NCBI GenBank assembly: GCA_963779615.1
Contig: CAVZZA010000005.1
Span: 224,001-288,000 of the forward strand
Length of the DNA: 64,000 bases
Reading direction: 5' to 3'
Source: an uncultured Nitrososphaeraceae archaeon
GTDB taxonomy: Archaea; Thermoproteota; Nitrososphaeria; Nitrososphaerales; Nitrososphaeraceae
A program made the translations under genes and the position numbers. The notes under the pieces were generated by a model. That model searched no databases. It was not told where the DNA came from and worked only from the letters and a program-made list of their open reading frames with translations. The stretch's first letter is position 1. The number at the start of each line of letters is the position of its first letter. Shown one piece after another: positions 43,198 through 53,708 of this stretch.

Positions 43198-44316
43198 TTA
43201 CCAGGGATTCATGCCTTTTTGGAACCTGATGGCATCGATTAAACCCTCAGCATAACCAACACTGAGAACGGCAAGTTCAACTCGACCTTGCTTGTAGAAT
43301 CGTTCAGCGTCAAAAAGGTAGTTTTCAGCATTTTCTAAAACATTAAAATATTCTTTTTTGGAGGTTATGTTTTCTTCTTTAACCATAGATGATAGATTAA
43401 CCAATGCTTTTTTTGCGTTTGGAATATACTTGTTTAGCATTCTGTTGGATATCCCATCAACCGTGACAGAATTATCAATAGGATCATCAAGCAGGGTGGT
43501 TAAGTTTTTAAGGGAATCAATTTCTGTGAAATGCAGTGAGCCGGGTATAACTATGGAGTGAGGGCCCCCCCCATTGTATTGTTGGTTTAACAAGGACTTT
43601 ATCTTCCCGCATATCAATTTCGAGCCATCTGTTCCTACTCTGGAGGCTACGAGAGCAAAGGAGTTTTCAGAAAAATTCAATAGTTTTAATTCGTTTTCCC
43701 TCTCCAGTATTAAGCCAAAAACCTCTTTCGGGGACAAAAAAAATGGTTTGCTGTCATCTAAATCCGAACCATTTTTCCCATTATCATCATTGCCATATTC
43801 TGTCAGGATCAAGGTATGCAAGCCCAGGCAAATGTTGTTGTATATGGTGTCATATACAGTAATAGACGACATGGGATCAGACATCATAGTAACCATTTTT
43901 CCAAATTTATAATAATGCAATCCTGACTCACCTATTAGTGATGAAATCCCCGATGAGGAATGAATTACTTTATATGGAACAGATTGTCTGCTTGCCCTTA
44001 CTAGCAACTCATTATAGGTTGTTGCAATAAGTGGATCCCCATAAATCAAAACACAAACGGTTTTTTTTACCGAATTCTCCAACAATTCCCTTCCATCCTC
44101 TATGAACCACCGTTTGACAAGTTGAACCTCAACACCACCTTTTGGGATTGTTCCTTCATGCGCTTTTAAAAGGGATTTAATTTTTAAAATAAAGTCATCT
44201 GACAAAAAGCCAGTAAAGCGCTCCACATAAACCATATCACTATTTTTTAACACCTCAACAGAACCAAGACTCAAAGAGTCATATTCGTCAATCCCTACAC
44301 CTATTAAGTAAAGCAT
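43198..44316 (-). CDS. dph5: Diphthine synthase with C-terminal DUF357-like domain
   Basis: MLYLIGVG, YGDPLIATT, SGLHYYKFGK, GLHTLIL, LHFTE; C-terminal YL.DA..F...G..ELA...GYAEGLIDA. Confidence 0.93.
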   Translation of the reverse strand: MLYLIGVGIDEYDSLSLGSVEVLKNSDMVYVERFTGFLSDDFILKIKSLLKAHEGTIPKGGVEVQLVKRWFIEDGRELLENSVKKTVCVLIYGDPLIATTYNELLVRASRQSVPYKVIHSSSGISSLIGESGLHYYKFGKMVTMMSDPMSSITVYDTIYNNICLGLHTLILTEYGNDDNGKNGSDLDDSKPFFLSPKEVFGLILERENELKLLNFSENSFALVASRVGTDGSKLICGKIKSLLNQQYNGGGPHSIVIPGSLHFTEIDSLKNLTTLLDDPIDNSVTVDGISNRMLNKYIPNAKKALVNLSSMVKEENITSKKEYFNVLENAENYLFDAERFYKQGRVELAVLSVGYAEGLIDAIRFQKGMNPW

Positions 44317-44411
44317 TTCTTATAAAGCATTTAAGTTATTTTAGTTTATTTATTTATATTTTTTAGCCACCAATCTCATAAATCAAAATGAGTTTGGCTG
44401 TTCATTTACTG

Positions 44412-45539
44412 TCACCTGTTTTGTAGGCTTTTATGCAATCGAATCATGTGAAACAATGTGTTTTTGTAAATTTCTATGCCGGTAAGGTATTCTGGTATGT
44501 ACACTCTTTCATTTACGGTATGAGACGAGTGCGGATCTCCCGGGCCATATGTGACCACCGGAATGTTAAGAACATTGCCCAGAATATTCATGTCCCCTGT
44601 TCCTGTTTTTTTTAACAATAATGGCCTCTTTTTCCTGTTGTCCAAAATTGACAATACCAAAGACCTTACCAAAGTAGATGAGGCGCTTGCCTGAAACGGC
44701 TCTGTTCTGTCTTCCACATGATACTTTATTGTAATGTCATTTTTGTCTTTTTTAACCTCATTTAATTTCGCGTCAAGCAGGCTCAAGATATCGTCACAGG
44801 ACAAATTAGCGGGTATGCGGATATCAATTGTCATCCTACATTTTTGAGGAGTGACGTTGTGACTCGACCCCCCATTTACTTCGGTTATGCTGTAGCTGAC
44901 AAGGTCGGCCTTGTTTTTGGAGTTGTTGATTTCATAGCTGTCTAAAACTTTTTTCAGGTTGGCCCATATGTTATAAATCTCCTCAATGGCATTCAGGGAA
45001 ATCCACGGGGCGCTTGCATGGGCACTATTGTTTACATCACACAGCAAGCGGATTTCCAAACGCCCTTTGTAAGAAACTGTGATGTTGTCTATTCCACTGG
45101 GCTCACCAAAAATTGCATAATGAGGCCGCAGGTTTCTGTCTTTTACGAGATTTTTTATGCCTGTTGCATTACCCTCCTCATCAACAACCCCAGCAAAGAT
45201 TATGGTTCCATTTTGTTTGGGAAAATCCGCAGCACCTAACAGCATGGATATCAATGGCGCCTTTGCGTCAGAGGCACCCCTGCCATACATGTAGTCGCCA
45301 TCTAATCGTACCGGAACAATGCCAGGAACTGTATCCATGTGACCGCAGAGCAGTATTACTGGACTCCCAGACCCCTTCATTGCAACAACGTTTCCCACAC
45401 TGTCAATATTTGCCTGTTCAAACCCCAGATCCAGACAAACATCCTTTAGAAAATTAGCCAGTATCGACTCTGATCTCGAAGGTGAGTAAATTTCTAAAGA
45501 ATTTCTTAATAATTCTATAGCAAATGCTGAAGAGACCAA
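44412..45539 (-). CDS. lysK: [LysW]-lysine/ornithine hydrolase (M20)
   Basis: GHMDTVPG, GRGASDAK, VDEEG, GEPSG, YGPGD..SHT..E; operon context. Confidence 0.92.
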   Translation of the reverse strand: MVSSAFAIELLRNSLEIYSPSRSESILANFLKDVCLDLGFEQANIDSVGNVVAMKGSGSPVILLCGHMDTVPGIVPVRLDGDYMYGRGASDAKAPLISMLLGAADFPKQNGTIIFAGVVDEEGNATGIKNLVKDRNLRPHYAIFGEPSGIDNITVSYKGRLEIRLLCDVNNSAHASAPWISLNAIEEIYNIWANLKKVLDSYEINNSKNKADLVSYSITEVNGGSSHNVTPQKCRMTIDIRIPANLSCDDILSLLDAKLNEVKKDKNDITIKYHVEDRTEPFQASASSTLVRSLVLSILDNRKKRPLLLKKTGTGDMNILGNVLNIPVVTYGPGDPHSSHTVNERVYIPEYLTGIEIYKNTLFHMIRLHKSLQNR

Positions 45540-45543
45540 TTTT

Positions 45544-46428
45544 TTATTTTTTAGAAATATCGACCATATAATCCAAAATTAATGATGGTATATCAACTCC
45601 GGTTACCCGCACAGTATTTTTGAACTCTGTCGTATTGTTTACCTCATGGACCAATAAACCATGTTCCCTACTTTCCATTAAGTCTACACCCACTATATCA
45701 CCTTTAAAAATTTTTGCCGATTTAACGCACATATCTTCCAAGTCCTTTGTAATTGGGCAGGGCTCGGCATGGCCACCTAATGCCATGTTCGTCTTCCACT
45801 CCGTGTTTCCGGAGTATCTGTAGATGGCAGCCACTACATTGTCACCTACAACAATAGCCCTTATGTCCCTGGGCGGCCGCTTGACAAATTCTTCAATATA
45901 GTTAATATGGTATATTGGAAACATGTGCTCCCGGTCTTCTAAAACGGCCTTGGCTGCCTCTTCGTCATTCAGCAAGCCTATCAATCTCCCCCAACTTCCT
46001 ACAGTCGGTTTGATCACAACAGGATAGCCCATTTGACTGATTCCTTTGATACCAGATGAAAGGGAAAAAGAGCAAAAAGCATTAGGGGTGAAGATCCCCT
46101 GTTTTTGGAGCTCCATATGGGAAAATAGTTTGTTGCCACACATGATGGAAGTGTAAAGGGAGTTAATCATCCGTGCACCAAGTCCCTCCAAAGCGGCCGT
46201 TGAATGCAAACTTTTAAAATAACTTACACATCTCTGCAGAATAACTTTATTTTTAAAAGCCATGTTTTCATTATTCAAAAACAAAACAAGCTCTTTGCAA
46301 TCGACTATTTCCAAATCAATACCGTTTTTTTTTGCGGTCTCAATTATGGATTTCTCTTCCCATCTTATATTATCAAAAAGAATAATGAGGGAAGAAGAGT
46401 GTTCTCCCCCAATATTTATTGTCCCCAA
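45544..46428 (-). CDS. lysX: Alpha-aminoadipate--LysW ligase (ATP-grasp)
   Basis: RWEEK, LQRCVS, KPTVGSWGRL, RDIR, WKTNMALGG, EVNNTTEFKN. Confidence 0.9.
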   Translation of the reverse strand: MGTINIGGEHSSSLIILFDNIRWEEKSIIETAKKNGIDLEIVDCKELVLFLNNENMAFKNKVILQRCVSYFKSLHSTAALEGLGARMINSLYTSIMCGNKLFSHMELQKQGIFTPNAFCSFSLSSGIKGISQMGYPVVIKPTVGSWGRLIGLLNDEEAAKAVLEDREHMFPIYHINYIEEFVKRPPRDIRAIVVGDNVVAAIYRYSGNTEWKTNMALGGHAEPCPITKDLEDMCVKSAKIFKGDIVGVDLMESREHGLLVHEVNNTTEFKNTVRVTGVDIPSLILDYMVDISKK

Positions 46429-46589
46429 TCTTCTCCAACTACTTGAGCAGGCTTTATGCTAAAATTTTCACCAGATTTTACTATTTCAAAACTCTCTCCA
46501 CAGTCTGGACAGGTAACAATTTCTCCTTGCATAGAGTCATCAGGTATTGGGATGTCTGCGTCACATTCGATACAACTAACTTTTGCCAT
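46416..46589 (-). CDS. lysW: Amino-group carrier protein LysW (57 aa, absent from the ORF track)
   Basis: Manual translation MAKVSCIECDADIPIPDDSMQGEIVTCPDCGESFEIVKSGENFSIKPAQVVGEDWGQ*; two CxxC, acidic, directly upstream of lysX. Confidence 0.93.
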   Translation of the reverse strand: MAKVSCIECDADIPIPDDSMQGEIVTCPDCGESFEIVKSGENFSIKPAQVVGEDWGQ

Positions 46590-47799
46590 TTTTATCCTTA
46601 TTTATTTTCACATAACCTTCATTAAGTATTTTGCTTTCTAATTTTTCATCTAGATATAATTCGAGGATGTCACCCATACGCAGTTCTTTCAACCCCTTTG
46701 CTAATGATTCAGCATTCTCTTTTGATGCACCTAACCCCAATATGGACAAAAGGTACGCAGAGCCGTTTTTTCCGGATAACTCACCAAATACGATTTTGCG
46801 TCTGTTACCCACTAGTTTTGGTTCAATTATTTCATAAGCAGAAGGGTTTCGCAATATGGCAGCGAGGTGGGTCCCAGCTTTGTGTTTGTAGGAACTATCA
46901 CCCACTATAGGTTTAGACTCATGAATAGGGATCTTGGTGTAATCGGAAATAGTCCTTGACAAATCCTTTAGCATGTGCAACCTAAAATCATTGCTGGACT
47001 TGTAGATGAGATTTAGTGCAACTGCAGTCTCAGCCAATGTGGGGATGCCTGTCCTTTCACCAATCCCATCTATGGTGGTGTGAATCTGATCGGCACCACC
47101 CTCGCAACCCGACAAGGCATTGGATAATGCTAAACCAACGTCATTGTGGCAATGGACGTCTAAAGAGGTTTTTGAGGTATCAATGTTGTCATGAACAAGT
47201 TTTACGATGTTATACATGCCCCTGGGTCTCATAATTCCCACGGTATCAGGAATACTAATTCTGTCTATGCCACGATTACTGATTTCCTTGCACATATCCA
47301 AAAGAAAGTCTGGATCCGTTCTGCTTGCGTCTTCCATGGTGAACCGGGATTTCAGCCCATGGGATTTAATGTAATCAGCAACCTCCAAAGCTCTGGTTTT
47401 GGCCTCTTCTCTGGAAATCCGTAGTTTGGACGATAAATGGATATCAGAAATCCCAAGATAAGTTGCAACCCATGATGCATTGCAGTCTATCGCCACATCA
47501 ACATCAGATTTTATCGCACGGACATGTGCTACTATATCGGCCCTTAAGCCTTGTTTGAGTATTACTTTTGTAGCATCACGATGATCCAATGAAACTATTG
47601 GGCTTATTTCTATTTGGTCTACACCAAACGAATCAAGCATCCATGCAATTTGAATTCTTTGTTTATTGGAAAAGGAAACTCCCGGATGTTGTTCTCCTTC
47701 TCGCAATGTTGAGTCCAGGATTTTGATATATTTCTTATCCCGTTCAGAATCATTGTATATATGAGCAAAATAATTAGGATCGTCTGATTTTAGTGACAT
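46576..47799 (-). CDS. Homocitrate synthase (LeuA/DRE-TIM family)
   Basis: ILDSTLREGEQ, PDTVG, HCHND.G, GIGERTG, HKAGTH; lys operon context. Confidence 0.85.
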   Translation of the reverse strand: MSLKSDDPNYFAHIYNDSERDKKYIKILDSTLREGEQHPGVSFSNKQRIQIAWMLDSFGVDQIEISPIVSLDHRDATKVILKQGLRADIVAHVRAIKSDVDVAIDCNASWVATYLGISDIHLSSKLRISREEAKTRALEVADYIKSHGLKSRFTMEDASRTDPDFLLDMCKEISNRGIDRISIPDTVGIMRPRGMYNIVKLVHDNIDTSKTSLDVHCHNDVGLALSNALSGCEGGADQIHTTIDGIGERTGIPTLAETAVALNLIYKSSNDFRLHMLKDLSRTISDYTKIPIHESKPIVGDSSYKHKAGTHLAAILRNPSAYEIIEPKLVGNRRKIVFGELSGKNGSAYLLSILGLGASKENAESLAKGLKELRMGDILELYLDEKLESKILNEGYVKINKDKNGKS

Positions 47800-47944
47800 A
47801 ATGTAATTAATATCACTATTATCGTTTAATTTATAAATGTTATCGTTAAAAAAATTTAAATTTTATATGTAAAAAAACATCTAGAGATGATATCCTGTAT
47901 GCGTCTTTATCAACAGTAGACCAAAAAAAACAAATTGTTGAAGT

Positions 47945-48379
47945 CTAGGCTGAATTGCCCAGTGTTCGCAATATTATGACCGTGTTGGTATCAGATACAC
48001 CGTCGATTTTTCGAATTTCGTCAATATAGGAGTTTATCTCTAGAATTGTGGGCGCAATTATTATAGTGGCAATGTCAAACTGACCCGTGATTTCATAAAC
48101 TACCTCGACACCTTTGAGGTCTAAAAGGCGTTTTGAAACGTTTGATGTGTCTGCCGCAGAACTTACAGATATTAGAGTTATTGCACTTGTTTTGTTGGAG
48201 GGGCCCAAATCTATTGTAAATTTTTTTATAACACCAGTATCCTGCAAGTTTTTAACTCTACGGCGTACAGCAGATTCAGACATCCCAATATCATTAGCTA
48301 TTTCTACAAAAGATTTTCTGGAATCATTTTTTAGTATTTTGATGATTTTTTCATCAATGGTATTTAAGTTCTCAGACAA
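47945..48379 (-). CDS. lysM: Lrp/AsnC-family regulator LysM
   Basis: IDEKII.IL..DSR.SF.EIA..IGMSESAVRRRV HTH; YEITGQFD. Confidence 0.88.
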   Translation of the reverse strand: MSENLNTIDEKIIKILKNDSRKSFVEIANDIGMSESAVRRRVKNLQDTGVIKKFTIDLGPSNKTSAITLISVSSAADTSNVSKRLLDLKGVEVVYEITGQFDIATIIIAPTILEINSYIDEIRKIDGVSDTNTVIILRTLGNSA

Positions 48380-49568
48380 TTCGCCTTTTCTCCTCGTTAT
48401 GAATTAACCTATCAATCAAATTAATTGCTTTTTTACACATATCCTCATCCATTACCAATGGTGGAAGCAACCTCAAAATATTTCTACCAGAATACAATAC
48501 CAATATCCCATTTTTTATGCCGTCAAAAAGAATATCCTTAATGTCAAATTTCATTTCAACTCCAAGCATCATTCCAAACCCCCTTACCTCACGAATTATT
48601 TTATGGCTATCCTTTAAATCTAATAGGCCCTCTTTAAACAGCGCTCCGATTTTTTCCGAGTTTTCAACCAACTTATCTTCTACCAAAGAGTCTATTGTGG
48701 CAGAGCCTGCGGCACAGGCAAGTGGATTTCCAGCAAATGTTGATGAGTGCTCCCCAACTTTAATGCAGTCAAGAATTTCAGAACGTGCAAGTGTAAGGCC
48801 CATGGGCACGCCACCAGCTATTCCCTTTGCCAAGCACATTACATCTGGCTCCACATCCCAATGCTGTCCTGCCCACATCTTGCCGGTTCTACCCAATCCT
48901 GACTGAATCTCATCAAAAATCAATACCAGGTTATGATTGTCACATATATTTCGAAGTTTTTTAAGAAAATCAGTGGGCGGTACAATTATTCCGGTTTCAC
49001 CTTGTATTGGTTCTGCAATTATCGTTCCGATGTTATTGCCATGGTTAGTTACCAATTCCTCGATTTTCTCGAGCTCATTGTATGAACTGAATTTAACCCC
49101 ATCCAAAAGTGGCAAAAACGACTTGCGATATTTTTCATTGTATGTGACAGACAATGCACCAAATGTTTTCCCATGATATGCGCCGTTCAACGCAATAATA
49201 CCATTTTTGTTGGTATATTTTCTAGAGAACTTAATGGCAGCTTCTACAGATTCGGTTCCGCTGTTGGAGAAAAATATACTATTGAGGTTTTTGGGGGTTA
49301 TTGTAAAAAGTTTATTTAAGAATTCTAGTCTGGCATTATTATACAAAGACATATGACAAGTTATAAGCTGTTCGGCTTGGTTTTTTATTGCGCCTACTAC
49401 CCGGTCATTACAATGGCCAACCAAAGCAACGCCATAGCCCCCCATGCAATCGATGTATTCTTTGCCCCCTGTATCCCATAAAACACAGCCTTTGCCCTTC
49501 GCTACATTTACAGGAAATCGTTGATATATGTTCCCGACAAAAGTCTCCTCTTCCATAACAAAACTCAT
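48372..49568 (-). CDS. lysJ: [LysW]-semialdehyde aminotransferase (class III)
   Basis: NSGTES, YHGKT, EPIQGE, FDEIQSGLGRTG, LAKGIAGG, HSSTFAGNP. Confidence 0.92.
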   Translation of the reverse strand: MSFVMEEETFVGNIYQRFPVNVAKGKGCVLWDTGGKEYIDCMGGYGVALVGHCNDRVVGAIKNQAEQLITCHMSLYNNARLEFLNKLFTITPKNLNSIFFSNSGTESVEAAIKFSRKYTNKNGIIALNGAYHGKTFGALSVTYNEKYRKSFLPLLDGVKFSSYNELEKIEELVTNHGNNIGTIIAEPIQGETGIIVPPTDFLKKLRNICDNHNLVLIFDEIQSGLGRTGKMWAGQHWDVEPDVMCLAKGIAGGVPMGLTLARSEILDCIKVGEHSSTFAGNPLACAAGSATIDSLVEDKLVENSEKIGALFKEGLLDLKDSHKIIREVRGFGMMLGVEMKFDIKDILFDGIKNGILVLYSGRNILRLLPPLVMDEDMCKKAINLIDRLIHNEEKRRIV

Positions 49569-50365
49569 TTCATAATCACCGTGCAGTCTTTATGCGATAG
49601 TGCAGATAGCAAAGGATTTTTTACCGAGCCTGACGCTATTATTGATTTTTTTACACCGAGTGTCAGCGCTTCTGTGCTGGCCAACACTTTTTTTTCCATC
49701 CCCGGCCCTATTTTAGGCAATAATTTTTTGGCTTCATCCAAAGTAAGACAATTTACCAACTTTTCTTCCATTATTAAACCACTCACATTTGTGATAAAAA
49801 CCACAACATCAGATTCCATGGCGCCAGCTACACTTGCAGCAGCTCTATCCCCATCAATATTCAAAAATTCATAGTCTTCACCTAAAGCTATAGGAGAAAT
49901 CACAGGAAGATATCCATTATTCAACAAAATGTCAATTAATCGGGTATCTATATTTGATACTTTTCCGGTATAACCACCATCAATAACCATTTTTCTGCCT
50001 TTCTCATTCAAGATGATCAATTTTTTCTTTCTTTGGGCCCTAATAGTTTCACCATCTATTCCCGTTATTCCCACAGACAATATCCCTTTGCCTGAAAGCA
50101 TTGCGGTGATGTTTTTATTTATTTTTCCAGACATTACCATGGTGTATATCATTGATGTCTCCTTGTCGGTGTATCTGCTCCGTTTCCCTTCTGGAGATAT
50201 TATAAAGTTTTGTTCTTTACCCATTAAATTTGCGGTATTTGTGACATCTTTCCCCCCACCATGAACCACTACAATTTTTTCCCTTTTGGACAGTTCAACA
50301 AAATCATCCAATATAGAAGAATGCAAACCTTCTACAATGCTTCCGCCTATTTTAACAACAATCAT
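49565..50365 (-). CDS. lysZ: [LysW]-aminoadipate/glutamate kinase
   Basis: VVKIGGS, VHGGG, SRYTD, GGYTGK, NIDGDRAA, GMEKK. Confidence 0.93.
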   Translation of the reverse strand: MIVVKIGGSIVEGLHSSILDDFVELSKREKIVVVHGGGKDVTNTANLMGKEQNFIISPEGKRSRYTDKETSMIYTMVMSGKINKNITAMLSGKGILSVGITGIDGETIRAQRKKKLIILNEKGRKMVIDGGYTGKVSNIDTRLIDILLNNGYLPVISPIALGEDYEFLNIDGDRAAASVAGAMESDVVVFITNVSGLIMEEKLVNCLTLDEAKKLLPKIGPGMEKKVLASTEALTLGVKKSIIASGSVKNPLLSALSHKDCTVIMK

Positions 50366-51414
50366 ACTGGCGTAAGCGGAGTAAATTTAAGTCCAGCCAT
50401 TTCATCATATCCAAGCATCACATTCATGTTCTGTATAGCAGACCCGGCAGCACCCTTCATCAAATTGTCCGACGCCGAAAGAGAAACAACCCTGTTATTG
50501 TCCTCATCCAAGTCAAATCCAACATCACAGAAATTGGAACCTATAACAAATTTGGGATCAGGAAACTTATAAAACCCAGTTTTGTCGCGTATTAATCTAA
50601 CAAACACTTCGGTTTTGTATGAATTTCTGTAGACTTTCCACAAATCCATTTCACTTAATGGTTTTTTTAAAAATACATGGTTTGTGGTCAATATCCCCCT
50701 CACCATATTGACTGCATGTGGGGTCATACTCACACGGATTTTAACGTCGGCTATACAACCTAGTTCTTGCTCTATTTCTCCGGTATGACGATGTTTTGCA
50801 GGCTTGTAAGGTCTGATTACCCCGTATCGCATTGCATGATGAGTTCCCGAATTGGATTGACTTCCGGCACCTGAGGAACCTATTTTACTGTCAACAACAA
50901 TGTGTTCAGTATCAATTAGGTCATTTTTCACCAACGGATACAATGCAAGTAAGGAAGTGACTGCCATGCATCCAGGGCATGCAACTAACTGGGCATTCTT
51001 TATCTCATCTCGATGAAACTCTGGGACACCGTAAACCGACCTTGACAGCAGATCAGGGAATGGATGCTCCCATCCATACCATTTTACATAATCCTGAGGA
51101 TTTTTAAGCCTAAAATCTGCAGAAAGATCAACTATTTTTATTCCGCTCTTAAAAAGCTCATCGACAATCTTGTTGGATTTTCCATGGGGTACAGAAACAA
51201 AGACCAAATCACAGGAATTCACCACCTTGTCAATATCCATGTCAGAAAATGTCAAAGTTATGAAATTTTTCAAACTAGGATGGACTCTATGAACATATTC
51301 TCCCAACTTTTGTCTTGATGTGACCATCGATATTTCTGTTTCAGGATGGGTAACCAAAAGCCGTAACAACTCCCCACCTACAAATCCGGAAGCTCCAATT
51401 ACTCCAACCTTCAT
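50362..51414 (-). CDS. lysY: [LysW]-aminoadipyl/glutamyl-phosphate reductase
   Basis: GASGFVGGELLRLL, DLSADFRL, CPGC, GSSGAG, HRHTGEI, DNLMKGAAG. Confidence 0.93.
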   Translation of the reverse strand: MKVGVIGASGFVGGELLRLLVTHPETEISMVTSRQKLGEYVHRVHPSLKNFITLTFSDMDIDKVVNSCDLVFVSVPHGKSNKIVDELFKSGIKIVDLSADFRLKNPQDYVKWYGWEHPFPDLLSRSVYGVPEFHRDEIKNAQLVACPGCMAVTSLLALYPLVKNDLIDTEHIVVDSKIGSSGAGSQSNSGTHHAMRYGVIRPYKPAKHRHTGEIEQELGCIADVKIRVSMTPHAVNMVRGILTTNHVFLKKPLSEMDLWKVYRNSYKTEVFVRLIRDKTGFYKFPDPKFVIGSNFCDVGFDLDEDNNRVVSLSASDNLMKGAAGSAIQNMNVMLGYDEMAGLKFTPLTPV

Positions 51415-51541
51415 TTTAAGTTCCCCATATAGAGATCATTATTTTTATTAATGGAAAATACGCCATCATTGCAGAATCTCATAAACAATAAACCGTCCGA
51501 CAATCCTCATTTAAATTTTTGGCCATTATACTAATATTCGT

Positions 51542-52414
51542 TTATTTTTTGTTGTTATTTGCAATATAGTCGATAATTAACTTTGATATATCAATACCAG
51601 TTGCTAAGCTTGCCCCCCTAAATTCCACGGTGTTGTTTACTTCATGAACCAATAGACCATTCTGATTATCCTCCATCATATCAATCCCCAAGACACCAAC
51701 ACCAACAGCTTTAGCAGCCTTAATGGCAATGTCCTCCAATTCCGGCGTTATTTTTATCATTTCTGCTTTTCCCCCTCTTGAAACATTAGTTCGCCATTCA
51801 TCGCCAGATGAATACCGATAAATAGCTGCCACAACCTGCTCTCCTACAACTATACACCTAATATCCCGGGGTGGCCTCTTTATCAAATCTTGAAAATAAT
51901 ATATGTTTGAAAAGGGACTAGAACTCTCCAGCCTCATCTCAACAATCATTTTACCCACTTCCTTATTCCTAACAGGAAAGACACCCCTGCCCCAAGAGCC
52001 AATTACAGGTTTAAAAACCAAAGGGTATTTTTCTAGATCTTGTTCATTAATGATGTTAAAAGCTGACTCAGAATTAAACGAGAAAAAAGATTTAGGGGTG
52101 GGGATGTTATTTTTTTTTAAAATCATTGAAGTTAATAATTTGTTTCCACAGATTTCCCCAGTTTTAGAATTATTGATTACGTCATAGCCAAGCAATTCTA
52201 AACAAATTGTTAAAAATTGACCTCGAACATAACTGATACTCCTCTGTAAAAGTACATCACCATAATTCAATTCATTAGAGGTCAAATATTCTGTGTTTAA
52301 AATAACATTTTTAGAATCAATCAGGCTGGTCTCTATTCCGATTTTTATAGCTGTTTCATAAAGTGATTTTTCTTCGAAACGCAATTTATCAAAAAAAATG
52401 CCTAGTTTAACCAT
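51542..52414 (-). CDS. argX: Glutamate--LysW ligase (second LysX-family ATP-grasp)
   Basis: RFEEK, KPVIGSWGR, WRTNV, EVNNTVEFRG; directly downstream of argG; substrate inferred. Confidence 0.8.
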   Translation of the reverse strand: MVKLGIFFDKLRFEEKSLYETAIKIGIETSLIDSKNVILNTEYLTSNELNYGDVLLQRSISYVRGQFLTICLELLGYDVINNSKTGEICGNKLLTSMILKKNNIPTPKSFFSFNSESAFNIINEQDLEKYPLVFKPVIGSWGRGVFPVRNKEVGKMIVEMRLESSSPFSNIYYFQDLIKRPPRDIRCIVVGEQVVAAIYRYSSGDEWRTNVSRGGKAEMIKITPELEDIAIKAAKAVGVGVLGIDMMEDNQNGLLVHEVNNTVEFRGASLATGIDISKLIIDYIANNNKK

Positions 52415-52416
52415 TT

Positions 52417-53622
52417 TTAAGCAATGTTATCTGAAATTTTTGAATTAGCTGTAATTGATTGCATACCCCACAATTCTACAAATCCTTTTGCTATAGTTTG
52501 ATCAAATGATGAATTTGATAAATAGGTTGCAGTATCATTATTGTACAATGAAAACTTTGATTCTCTCCCTATTACCCTGTAATATCCATTATGCATTTTA
52601 ATCTTTATTTTTCCCGTTACTCGTTCTTGAGTTTTTTCTACAAATTGATTTAAATCTGAAAGTAACGGATCTAACCACAACCCGGAATACGCTAGCCAAG
52701 ACCACTGTTCTTCAACAACCGCTTTGAACCGAAGTTCATGACTTGTTAATGCTAGCTTTTCAAGATCTTTATGGGCACATATAATAATTAAAGCAGCAGG
52801 CGCCTCATAAACCTCCCTCGATTTTATTCCTATGACCCTATCCTCAATATGATCAATAATGCCTATCCCAAATGAACCAGCTATTTCATTTAATTTATTT
52901 ATCAAAGAAGGCAATTTTTCAACTTTACCATTTATTGATATTGGAACACCCTTTTCAAAACCTAACTCGATACTACCAACAGAATAATTATTGAATTTTA
53001 CGTATTCAAAGGCATCCTCCAATGGTTCATTTCCAAGATCCTCAAGCGTGCCGCCCTCGATTGACCTACCCCATATGTTTTTATCAATACTGTATTTTTT
53101 TGCTATCTCACTTACTTGAATACCATTCTCTTTGGCATAATCTATTTCTTTATCCCTCGTAAGGTTTAAATCGCGGATAGGCGCTATAATCCCTAAATTA
53201 GGATTTAAAGATTTAATGGTTATGTCAAACCGAACCTGATCGTTACCCTTTCCCGTACAGCCATGTGCAACCGACGTGGCGTCATATTTGTTAGCTATTT
53301 CTACCAGTTTCTTTGCTATCAATGGACGGGCGATAGCTGTAGCGAGCGGATAACTCTGCTGATAAAGAGCATTTGATTTTATTGCAGGAGTAACATATTC
53401 GTTAACAAATTCTTCTTTAGCATCAACATAGACGTGATCGATAGAACCTAACTCCGATGAGGTTTTTTGAATTTCTCCAAAATCGTCATCTTGCCCTACA
53501 TCCACGATTAATGTAATTACTTCCAAATTATGGAGTTTCTGTAAATATTTTACGCAAACAGAGGTATCCAATCCTCCCGAAAACGCAAGAACAACTTTAT
53601 TCATAGCAGGCGAGCGTAGCAT
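52417..53622 (-). CDS. argG: Argininosuccinate synthase
   Basis: VLAFSGGLDTS, HGCTGKGNDQVRF, YSID.NIWGRSIEGG, GIKSREVYEAP. Confidence 0.97.
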   Translation of the reverse strand: MLRSPAMNKVVLAFSGGLDTSVCVKYLQKLHNLEVITLIVDVGQDDDFGEIQKTSSELGSIDHVYVDAKEEFVNEYVTPAIKSNALYQQSYPLATAIARPLIAKKLVEIANKYDATSVAHGCTGKGNDQVRFDITIKSLNPNLGIIAPIRDLNLTRDKEIDYAKENGIQVSEIAKKYSIDKNIWGRSIEGGTLEDLGNEPLEDAFEYVKFNNYSVGSIELGFEKGVPISINGKVEKLPSLINKLNEIAGSFGIGIIDHIEDRVIGIKSREVYEAPAALIIICAHKDLEKLALTSHELRFKAVVEEQWSWLAYSGLWLDPLLSDLNQFVEKTQERVTGKIKIKMHNGYYRVIGRESKFSLYNNDTATYLSNSSFDQTIAKGFVELWGMQSITANSKISDNIA

Positions 53623-53708
53623 AACAAATAATTTATTTCTTTGTATAACAGTTACATATAGACGTATAAATAGGAAAAGAATTTACTCATGGAATAAATA
53701 AGGTAAAA

